From Clostridia bacterium (GTDB taxonomy: Bacteria > Bacillota > Clostridia > Christensenellales > Aristaeellaceae), in the NCBI GenBank assembly GCA_017541105.1, contig JAFXZS010000003.1:15631-79630 (forward strand): 64,000 nt of DNA. Reading direction: 5' to 3'. The first letter of the stretch is position 1. Each line of letters begins with the position of its first letter. Shown here piece after piece: positions 19,711 through 27,649 of this stretch. Below the pieces are notes generated by a model, which ran no database searches, was not told the origin of the DNA, and saw only the letters and a program-made list of their open reading frames with translations. Made by a program: the position numbers and the translations under genes.

Positions 19711-20874
19711 TCATGAAACAATTGTTCTGCATGTCCAGGGAAAGCTGCCGGGAAGCCCGCAGCAAAGCCCCCAGAGGCGCCATGCGGCCTGTTCGGCCGT
19801 GCCGGCGGATTCCAGCCAACGCGCGGGAGACGCCGGCATGGCCAGCTCTTTCCAGCGGGCTGTCAGCAACGGGTTCTTTTTCAGCGCCAGAAGCAGCGCG
19901 GAGCGAGGCAGCGCCGCGCCTGCAAGATCGCTTCGCGTGATGCCCAGAAGCGCGCAGGCGCACAGGCGGCTGACACGGGCGGAAGGATGCCGGCGGGTGG
20001 TCCCAAGGGCGATCAGCTGACTTCGGGAATTCGCCCCGGAGGCAGCTTTCCGGAGTGCAGCGGAGAACCCGTCCTCTCCGTCCGGCAGGGAGTTCCATTC
20101 ATCATCGGACATGGAGCGGAGCCGGTTTAGGAGCAGCGCATCCAGCACCCGGGGATCCGGCACGGATCCGCTGAGAAAAGCGGACCGAACCGCTTGCCGG
20201 CTGTTTGGCGGAAGCGCGGACAACGCCTGGGGCCAGGCACCCCGGTAAAGCGCTTCCCGCACTGCGGAGGCGGAGGGAGCGGCGGGGTCAATCCGCTCTG
20301 CCCGGTAGCCCGCGGGGCGGGGAATGAGTACCGGCGTTACAGGAACATCCAGACGCCGGATGGCCCGGAGATAACAAACAGCCAGAATATTGTTGGGCTG
20401 GCGGAGAAGCGCTTCGCTCTCCGGCAGCACAAGACCGGCGGCGCGGCTCAAAGCCGCCGGATAGCCGAACCCTTCCGAAAGGAATGCTTTCAGCGCGGAA
20501 CGGAAAGATGCCGGAGAGCTTTCCAGCAGGTCAGCAGTCTGCCGGAGCAGGGAGAGATCCTCCGTTTCCGCTCCGAATGCCAGGGAATCCGCCCCCAGGG
20601 AAGCGAGCAGAGAAACCGCGCCAAGCGCATAGTGTTCCGCGTCCCGCACAGTCCAGAGCACGGGCATGGAAAAGACCGCATCCGCTCCGGCCGCCAGTGC
20701 GCATTCAGCACGCGCCCAGGGGGAAAGAAGGGGAACCTCGCCCCGTTGGGTGACCGGACCGGAGAGAGCGACCAGGACAGCGGAAGGAGAAACAGCGGCA
20801 GCCGCTTCGCGCAGATGGCGCAGATGGCCGTTGTGAAAAGGGTTGTATTCCGCGACAATCCCCAGAACAGCCAT
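19711..20874 (-). CDS. tmcAL: tRNA(Met) cytidine acetate ligase (YlbM-type nucleotidyltransferase)
   Basis: GIVAEYNPFHNGH, QRGE, PNNILA..Y, SASAVR; located next to ackA-yceD-rpmF as in other Firmicutes. Confidence 0.82.
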   Translation of the reverse strand: MAVLGIVAEYNPFHNGHLRHLREAAAAVSPSAVLVALSGPVTQRGEVPLLSPWARAECALAAGADAVFSMPVLWTVRDAEHYALGAVSLLASLGADSLAFGAETEDLSLLRQTADLLESSPASFRSALKAFLSEGFGYPAALSRAAGLVLPESEALLRQPNNILAVCYLRAIRRLDVPVTPVLIPRPAGYRAERIDPAAPSASAVREALYRGAWPQALSALPPNSRQAVRSAFLSGSVPDPRVLDALLLNRLRSMSDDEWNSLPDGEDGFSAALRKAASGANSRSQLIALGTTRRHPSARVSRLCACALLGITRSDLAGAALPRSALLLALKKNPLLTARWKELAMPASPARWLESAGTAEQAAWRLWGLCCGLPGSFPWTCRTIVS

Positions 20875-21028
20875 ATCCTGCGCCTCCTTTCCCATATCCT
20901 CCTGCAGTCCGTCTTCCCAGAATACTATCATGAAGAAAACAGAATTTCAATCAATCGTCTTTTCTTTCCGGTTTAAAACGTGTATAATTAATCAGTATCC
21001 CTACGAAAGCAAAGGAGATTGAAGAATT

Positions 21029-22267
21029 ATGAAGATTCTGGTTGTAAACGCGGGTTCCTCTTCTCTGAAGTATCAGCTGATTGACATGGACGGCGAAAAA
21101 GAGATGGCCAAGGGGCTGGTGGAGCGGATCGGTATTGAGGGCAGCCGGCTCAAGCACAGTGCCGGAGAGAAGAAGACCGAAATCGTCCAGGAGATTCCGG
21201 ATCATGAAGCAGCGGCCCAGCTGATGCTGAAGATTCTGCAGGATCCCGAGTTCGGCGTGATCCGGAGCACGGACGAGATCGGCGCGGTCGGGCATCGGGT
21301 GCTGCACGGCGGCAGCGCGTTTACAGCGTCTGTTATCGTGAACGATGCAGCCAAGCAGGCGATCCGGGACTGCTTCCCTCTGGGGCCGCTGCATAATCCG
21401 GCCAACCTGATGGGCATCGAAGCCTGTGAAAAGGTCATGAAGGGAACCCCGCAGGTGGCGGTGTTTGACACGGCCTTCCATCAGACCATGCCGCCCAAGG
21501 CCTATATGTACGGCGTACCGAAGATGTATGAGGAAAAGCTTCATGTCCGCCGCTACGGCTTCCACGGCACCAGCCACCGGTATGTCAGCCGCCGGGTGTG
21601 CGAGTTCCTGGGTATCAGCCCTGAAGGCAAAAAGATCATCATCTGCCATCTGGGGAACGGATCCAGCCTGAGCGCCGTGAAGGACGGCAAATGCCAGGAT
21701 ACGTCCATGGGCCTGACGCCTCTTGAAGGCCTGCTGATGGGCACCCGGTGCGGCAGCTGTGATCCCGCGGTGGTGCAGTTCATCGCAAACAATCCGCTGA
21801 AGGATGACGGGACCCCCGTGGGCCATCCGGTCAGCGTGGATGATGTGCTGACCATGATGAACAAAAAGAGCGGCCTTCTGGGCATCAGCGGAAAGAGCAG
21901 TGACTGCCGGGACATCGACAACCTGGCGGATGCCGGCGATCCCGATGCCATTCTGGCCCGGGAGATGCTGATTTACGGGATTAAGAAGTATATCGGATCC
22001 TATGCGGCTGCCATGGGCGGTGTGGATATCATCGTCTTCACCGCCGGCATCGGTGAGAACAACGCGGATCTTCGCGCAAAGGTGATCGAAGGCCTGGAAT
22101 TCATGGGCGCAAAGATCGACGCGGAGAAGAACCGGACCCGCAGCGAAGCCGTGATTTCCGCGGAGGACAGCAAGGTGACCGTCTGCGTCATCCCCACCAA
22201 TGAGGAAATCATGATTGCCCGGGACACGCTGGATCTGGTTACGACCGGAAAGGTGCGGGACAATTGA
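21029..22267 (+). CDS. ackA: acetate kinase
   Basis: LVVNAGSSSLKYQL, GHRVLHGG, PLHNPAN, FDTAFHQT, RRYGFHGTSH, HLGNGSS, FTAGIGEN, PTNEE. Confidence 0.97.
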   Translation: MKILVVNAGSSSLKYQLIDMDGEKEMAKGLVERIGIEGSRLKHSAGEKKTEIVQEIPDHEAAAQLMLKILQDPEFGVIRSTDEIGAVGHRVLHGGSAFTASVIVNDAAKQAIRDCFPLGPLHNPANLMGIEACEKVMKGTPQVAVFDTAFHQTMPPKAYMYGVPKMYEEKLHVRRYGFHGTSHRYVSRRVCEFLGISPEGKKIIICHLGNGSSLSAVKDGKCQDTSMGLTPLEGLLMGTRCGSCDPAVVQFIANNPLKDDGTPVGHPVSVDDVLTMMNKKSGLLGISGKSSDCRDIDNLADAGDPDAILAREMLIYGIKKYIGSYAAAMGGVDIIVFTAGIGENNADLRAKVIEGLEFMGAKIDAEKNRTRSEAVISAEDSKVTVCVIPTNEEIMIARDTLDLVTTGKVRDN

Positions 22268-22297
22268 TTTCATCTCCCGGAAGCGTTGAAATTATTG

Positions 22298-22326
22298 TTG
22301 ACAAACGTTTTCGAAACAACTATAAT
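22298..22326 (+). promoter_or_regulatory. consensus sigma-A promoter of yceD-rpmF
   Basis: TTGACA (22298-22303), 17 nt, TATAAT (22321-22326). Confidence 0.85.
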
Positions 22327-22354
22327 GACAAACGGTCACTTTTGAGGTGAGGAC

Positions 22355-22846
22355 ATGAAGCTTGACGTGTCGGATGCTTTATCCCATCCCGGTCAGGAGG
22401 TCCTTTTCTCCGGTACGCAGGCCATTGCGGACCAGGAGATCGCCGGGGATATCGTCCGGATGGATGATTGCCTGGTGGAAGGGGACTTCATGGCGGATGA
22501 AATCGGGAACATCTCGGTGAAAGGCAAGCTCAGGACTGTTGCCCATGCCCCGTGTGCCAACTGCCTGGAGGATGCGGAAGCCGAAATCGAAAATGATTTT
22601 GACGAAGTGTTCCAGCGCAACGGCGACCCCGAGGATGATGAAATCTTTGCCTATGAAGGGCACGAGATTTCCCTGGACAAACTGGTTATGTCATACGCCG
22701 TCATGGCTCTGCCAATCCGTTTTCTCTGCAGAGAGGATTGTCCGGGCTTTGAATACAGGGACCCGGATGCAGCTCCCGCCGAACCGGGCATTCAGTATCC
22801 GTTCGCAGGGCTGCAGCAATTGCTTGAAAACAATGAGGAGGTGTGA
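22355..22846 (+). CDS. yceD: DUF177/YceD family protein
   Basis: CANC...LCREDCPG motifs; directly upstream of rpmF. Confidence 0.85.
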   Translation: MKLDVSDALSHPGQEVLFSGTQAIADQEIAGDIVRMDDCLVEGDFMADEIGNISVKGKLRTVAHAPCANCLEDAEAEIENDFDEVFQRNGDPEDDEIFAYEGHEISLDKLVMSYAVMALPIRFLCREDCPGFEYRDPDAAPAEPGIQYPFAGLQQLLENNEEV

Positions 22847-22849
22847 ATC

Positions 22850-23041
22850 ATGGCTGTTCCGAAGGGGAAAATTTCCAAGGCTCGCAAGCACAGCCGCCGC
22901 GCCAACTGGAAGCTGGCTCTGCCGGGAATCGGTGTATGCCCCCAGTGTCATCAGATGAAGCTGGCTCATCGCGTGTGCAAAAATTGCGGTTACTATAAGG
23001 GCGTCCAGGTCGTCCGGATGGACGAAGCCAAGAACGCCTGA
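22850..23041 (+). CDS. rpmF: 50S ribosomal protein L32
   Basis: [18 protein letters not shown]...CPQC...[10 protein letters not shown]. Confidence 0.97.
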   Translation: MAVPKGKISKARKHSRRANWKLALPGIGVCPQCHQMKLAHRVCKNCGYYKGVQVVRMDEAKNA

Positions 23042-23079
23042 TTGTCGACTGCTTTTACAGAAGAAGCGTATGCTTTTTG

Positions 23080-23111
23080 CAGCTCCGCCCATCAGGGACG
23101 GGGCTGTTTTT
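23080..23111 (+). terminator. intrinsic terminator-like hairpin between rpmF and valS
   Basis: CAGCTCCGCCC-atca-GGGACGGGGCTG followed by TTTTT. Confidence 0.6.
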
Positions 23112-23133
23112 GGTACAGGAGGAGGTACTGACC

Positions 23134-25788
23134 ATGGAAAAGAAAATGACCGGCGCCGATATGGAAACCAGATTCAATCCCCAGGCCATCGAAGCGGATC
23201 TGTACAAGGCATGGGAGGAATCCGGCGCATTCATTGCCCACCGGGAGGAGGGGAAGAAGCCCTTTACGATTGTGATGCCGCCTCCCAACATCACCGGCCA
23301 GCTGCATATGGGCCATGCCATGGACTGCGTCCTGCAGGACGCGCCGATCCGCTATCACCGGATGAAGGGTGATCCCACCCTTTGGCTGCCGGGCACGGAC
23401 CATGCCGCCATTGCCACCGAAGTGAGGATCGTGGACGCCATGCGCAAGGAGGGCCTGACGAAGAAGAGCATCGGCCGCGAGGCGTTCCTTGAGCGCGCAT
23501 GGAACTGGAAGAAGGAATACGGCGGACGCATCGTGCACCAGCAGCGGAAGATGGGCATTTCCTGCGACTGGAGCCGGGAACGCTTCACCATGGACGAAGG
23601 CTGCAGCCGTGCGGTGCGCGAAGTGTTCGTGCGGCTGTTCGAAAAGGGACTGATTTACCGGGGAAACCGGATGATCAACTGGTGCCCTGCCTGCCGCAGC
23701 GCACTGAGCGACGCGGAGGTGGTCTACAGCGAGCAGGCCAGCCACCTGTGGTATATCCGCTATCCCGGAGCGGATGGCAGCGAGGGCGTCGTGGTGGCGA
23801 CCACGCGTCCCGAGACCATGCTGGGCGATACCGGCGTGGCCGTGAACCCCTCGGATGAGCGCTATACGGACCTGGTGGGCAAGAAAGTGATCCTGCCTCT
23901 GATGAACAAGGAAATCCCCGTGGTGGCGGACTACTATGTGGAAATGGATTTCGGTACCGGCGCGGTGAAAATGACTCCGGCACACGATCCGAACGACTAT
24001 GAAGTGGCCCAGCGGCATGACCTTGAGGTTATCACTGTGACCAATGATGACGGCACCATGAACGAGAATGCCGGACGCTTCGCGGGCATGGATCCGATGG
24101 AATGCCGCAAGGCCGTGGTGGAAGAGCTGGACAAGCTGGGCCTGCTGGTGAAGATTGAGGACTATACGCATAACGTGGGATTCTGCTACCGCCACGGAGA
24201 CACCCCGGTGGAGCCGCGCCTGAGCGAACAGTGGTTTGTGAAGATGAAGCCGCTGGCCGAGCCGGCGCTCGCCGCCGTGCGGGAAGGAAAGACGAAATTT
24301 GTTCCCGAACGGTTCAGCAAGCTTTACTATAACTGGATGGAGAATATCCGCGACTGGTGCATCAGCCGCCAGCTGTGGTGGGGGCACCGGATTCCGGTGT
24401 GGTACTGCGATGATTGCGGTGAAATGACCGTTTCCCGCGAGGATCCGTCCTGCTGCCCGAAGTGCGGCGGCAAGCTGCGCCAGGATGAGGATGTATTGGA
24501 TACCTGGTTCTCTTCCGCACTGTGGCCCTTCTCCACGCTGGGATGGCCGGACAAAACGGAAGACCTGAAGTACTTCTATCCCACAAACATGCTGGTGACA
24601 GGTTATGATATCATCACTTTCTGGGTGTCGCGGATGATCTTCTCCGGCATTGAGAACATGGGCGAGACCCCCTTTGACACCGTGCTGATCCACGGCCTGG
24701 TGCGCGACGAGCTAGGACGGAAGATGTCCAAGTCCCTCGGCAACGGTGTGGATCCGCTGGATGTGATCGAAGAGTACGGTGCCGACGCGCTGCGCTTCAG
24801 CCTGGTGATGGGCGTGAGCCCCGGCAACGATACCCGCTACAGCCGGGAAAAGGTGGAATCCGCCCGGAATTTTGCCAATAAGGTATGGAATGCCAGCCGT
24901 TTCGTGCTGATGAATGTTAACGAACGGAAGGCCTTTGATCCGGAGAAGCTGGAAACCGCGGACAAGTGGATTCTTTCCAGGCTACAGGAGGCCATCCGGG
25001 ATGTGTCCGATCATATGGAGGACGGAGATTTCGGCCTGGCCGCCACAAAGATTTATGATTTCGCCTGGGGTGAATTCTGCGACTGGTATATCGAACTGAG
25101 CAAGTCCCGCCTTCTTGGGGAAGATGGGGAAAGCAAGGAAACCGTCAAGGCTGTGCTGCTGTACGTGCTGGAGAACCTGCTGAAGCTGCTGCATCCCTTC
25201 ATGCCGTTCCTGACAGAACAGGTCTATAAATACCTGCCGGAGACAGAAGGGTTCCTCATGCTGCAGAAGTGGCCGGAGTTCCGGGAAGACCTTGCCTTCG
25301 GGGAAGATGAGCGGAAGATGCAGGGCATGATGGAAATCATCCGGACCATCCGGAACCTGCGCAGCGAAATGAATGTGGCGCCGTCCAAACGGACGCGGCT
25401 GATGCTGCTGCCGGCGGAAGGCTGGACGGGCATCCTCGCGGGAGGCGACGGGTATTTCCGGCGCCTGGCCGGCGCTTCGGAAACGGTTCTCCTGTCCGAC
25501 CGGAATGAGGTGGCGGAGAAAACCGTGTCCGCCGTGACGGCAGCCGGTGAGCTGTTTATCCCCCTGGGCGACCTGGTGGACTTTGAAAAGGAAATTGCCC
25601 GCCTGGGAAAGGAACTGGAGAATTTCCGGAAGGAAATAAACCGTTCCCGGGGCATGCTGAGCAATCAGGGATTTTTGTCCAAGGCGCCTGCGCAGCTTGT
25701 GCAGCAGGAGAAGGATAAGCTGGAGGCAGCCGCGGCCAAGGCTGCTGCCCTGGAAACCCGCATTGCGGAACTGAAAGAGAACGTATGA
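23134..25788 (+). CDS. valS: valine--tRNA ligase
   Basis: PPPNITGQLHMGH, DWCISRQLWWGHRIP, KMSKS, C-terminal coiled-coil arm; AGGAGG RBS. Confidence 0.97.
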   Translation: MEKKMTGADMETRFNPQAIEADLYKAWEESGAFIAHREEGKKPFTIVMPPPNITGQLHMGHAMDCVLQDAPIRYHRMKGDPTLWLPGTDHAAIATEVRIVDAMRKEGLTKKSIGREAFLERAWNWKKEYGGRIVHQQRKMGISCDWSRERFTMDEGCSRAVREVFVRLFEKGLIYRGNRMINWCPACRSALSDAEVVYSEQASHLWYIRYPGADGSEGVVVATTRPETMLGDTGVAVNPSDERYTDLVGKKVILPLMNKEIPVVADYYVEMDFGTGAVKMTPAHDPNDYEVAQRHDLEVITVTNDDGTMNENAGRFAGMDPMECRKAVVEELDKLGLLVKIEDYTHNVGFCYRHGDTPVEPRLSEQWFVKMKPLAEPALAAVREGKTKFVPERFSKLYYNWMENIRDWCISRQLWWGHRIPVWYCDDCGEMTVSREDPSCCPKCGGKLRQDEDVLDTWFSSALWPFSTLGWPDKTEDLKYFYPTNMLVTGYDIITFWVSRMIFSGIENMGETPFDTVLIHGLVRDELGRKMSKSLGNGVDPLDVIEEYGADALRFSLVMGVSPGNDTRYSREKVESARNFANKVWNASRFVLMNVNERKAFDPEKLETADKWILSRLQEAIRDVSDHMEDGDFGLAATKIYDFAWGEFCDWYIELSKSRLLGEDGESKETVKAVLLYVLENLLKLLHPFMPFLTEQVYKYLPETEGFLMLQKWPEFREDLAFGEDERKMQGMMEIIRTIRNLRSEMNVAPSKRTRLMLLPAEGWTGILAGGDGYFRRLAGASETVLLSDRNEVAEKTVSAVTAAGELFIPLGDLVDFEKEIARLGKELENFRKEINRSRGMLSNQGFLSKAPAQLVQQEKDKLEAAAAKAAALETRIAELKENV

Positions 25789-26735
25789 CCCAGATGTTTC
25801 AGCATGAGCCGGTGCTGCTGCAGGAGGTTCTCCGCTGGATGAACGTCCGGAAGGACGGCGTGTACTGCGACGGAACGCTGGGAGGCGGAGGCCACAGTGA
25901 AGCGATCCTGAAGGCCTCCGGCGGCACGGCATCGCTCTATGGAATTGACCGGGATGACGCGGCCATTGCCGCCGCCTCGGAACGGTTGAAGATTTACCCC
26001 GGATTTCATGCGATCCGGGGCAACTTTCATGACGGGAAAAAACTCCTGACGGAAGCGGGAGCGGGAAAACTGGATGGTGTACTGCTGGACCTTGGAGTTT
26101 CCAGCCCCCAGCTGGATATGCCGGAGCGGGGCTTCAGCTATCACGCGGACGCACCGCTGGATATGCGGATGGACCGTTCCGGCGGCATCACTGCCGCGGA
26201 GTTTCTGAATACGGCTTCCGAACAGGAGCTCCTCCGGGTCATCCGGGACTGGGGCGAGGAAAAGTGGGCCACCCGGATCGCCCGGATCATCTGCGAGCAT
26301 CGGCAGGCGAAGCCGCTGGAGACCACTTATGACCTGGTCCGCGCGGTGGACGCAGCGATCCCGAAAGCCGTGCGCAGGAAGGAGGACGGGCATCCGGCCC
26401 GCAGAACCTTCCAGGCGATCCGTATCGCCGTGAATGACGAGCTGGCACCGCTGGAACTGGCGGTGAAGGATCTGGCGGACTGCCTGAAGCCGGGCGGACG
26501 GATCTGTGTAATCACCTTCCATTCCCTGGAGGACCGGATTGTCAAGAGATGCCTGAAAACACTGGAAAATCCCTGTATCTGCCCACCGAAAGCGCCGATC
26601 TGCACCTGCGGAAGGAAGCCCTCCATCCGGGTGCTGGCCGGCGGTGCGGTGGCGCCTTCAGAGGAGGAAACCGCAAGGAATCCGCGGGCCCGCAGCGCTA
26701 AGCTTCGGGTGGCGGAGAAGATCGGGGAGGGCTGA
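25785..26735 (+). CDS. rsmH: 16S rRNA m4C1402 methyltransferase
   Basis: HEPVLLQE, DGTLGGGGHS, DLGVSSPQLD, PLDMRMD, FQAIRIAVN, FHSLEDRIVK, NPRARSAKLR. Confidence 0.96.
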   Translation: MTQMFQHEPVLLQEVLRWMNVRKDGVYCDGTLGGGGHSEAILKASGGTASLYGIDRDDAAIAAASERLKIYPGFHAIRGNFHDGKKLLTEAGAGKLDGVLLDLGVSSPQLDMPERGFSYHADAPLDMRMDRSGGITAAEFLNTASEQELLRVIRDWGEEKWATRIARIICEHRQAKPLETTYDLVRAVDAAIPKAVRRKEDGHPARRTFQAIRIAVNDELAPLELAVKDLADCLKPGGRICVITFHSLEDRIVKRCLKTLENPCICPPKAPICTCGRKPSIRVLAGGAVAPSEEETARNPRARSAKLRVAEKIGEG

Positions 26736-26738
26736 TGC

Positions 26739-27599
26739 ATGGCGGTGCTGTATGTGGTGGCTACCCCTATCGGCAATCTGCAGGATTTGTCTCCCCGGGG
26801 AATCGAAACCCTGAAGAACGCCGTGCTGATTATCGCTGAGGATACCCGGGTAACCATGAAACTGTGCCAGGTGTTCGGTATCCGCGCGCCGCTGATCAGC
26901 TGCCACCGGCATAATGAAGACAGCAAAGCGGAAAGCCTGGCCGTGAAAATCGAGGCAGAGGATCTGACGGCTGTCCTGGTGACGGATGCCGGAACGCCCT
27001 GCATTTCCGATCCGGGCAATGAGGTGGTGAGTGCCTGCGCCGCCAGGGGGATTCCCGTGATTCCCGTACCGGGATGCTGCGCCGGAATTGCGGCGCTGTC
27101 CGTCAGCGGCGCGGATGCCCGTGAGTTCGCCTTCTATGGCTTTCTGCCCCGGGAGAAAAAAGCCCTGCGGGAAAAACTCACGGAGATCGCGGCCGGAGTT
27201 CGGGTGGCGGTTATCCATGAATCGCCATTCCGGATTATCGACCTGACGGAGGCCGTGGCGGAAATCCTGCCCGAGTCGAAGCTGACCGTCTGCTGCGATC
27301 TGACCAAGCTGCATGAGAAGACGCTCCGCGGAACTCCGGCGACGGTGCTGGCCGAGCTGAAAGCAAACGAGAAGACGGAGAAGGGCGAGTACTGTGTGGT
27401 GCTGGATCTCCATCGTGTGCCCGTTCCCCGGCAGGAAGCCGCTCCGGTCCATCTTTCTCCGGAAGCGAGGCTGGTGGAGGAGATGAAGAAGGGGAGAACC
27501 CTGCGCGAAGCCCAGGAAGAGCTGCTGAAAGCCGGAGAAAAAAAGAACGCGGTGAAACAGGCTGCCATTACCCTGAAAAAACTGTTTGAAGAAACCTGA
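26739..27599 (+). CDS. rsmI: 16S rRNA Cm1402 2'-O-methyltransferase
   Basis: LYVVATPIGNLQD, AEDTR, DAGTPCISDPG, FYGFLP, ESPFR, LTKLHE, KGEY. Confidence 0.95.
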   Translation: MAVLYVVATPIGNLQDLSPRGIETLKNAVLIIAEDTRVTMKLCQVFGIRAPLISCHRHNEDSKAESLAVKIEAEDLTAVLVTDAGTPCISDPGNEVVSACAARGIPVIPVPGCCAGIAALSVSGADAREFAFYGFLPREKKALREKLTEIAAGVRVAVIHESPFRIIDLTEAVAEILPESKLTVCCDLTKLHEKTLRGTPATVLAELKANEKTEKGEYCVVLDLHRVPVPRQEAAPVHLSPEARLVEEMKKGRTLREAQEELLKAGEKKNAVKQAAITLKKLFEET

Positions 27600-27641
27600 A
27601 AAAGAAGGCAGGATGCCGGTGCGGCATCCCGCCTTCTTTTT
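27599..27641. terminator. bidirectional intrinsic terminator (rsmI / glgP)
   Basis: AAAAAGAAGGCAGGATGCCG-gtg-CGGCATCCCGCCTTCTTTTT. Confidence 0.85.
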
Positions 27642-27649
27642 CAGAAAAA

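Noticed and set aside
22299-22314. AAACGTTTTC between -35 and -10 of the yceD promoter, resembling a cre or LacI site
   Set aside because: Lacks the flanking TG...CA of cre and is a single short match that could be chance.
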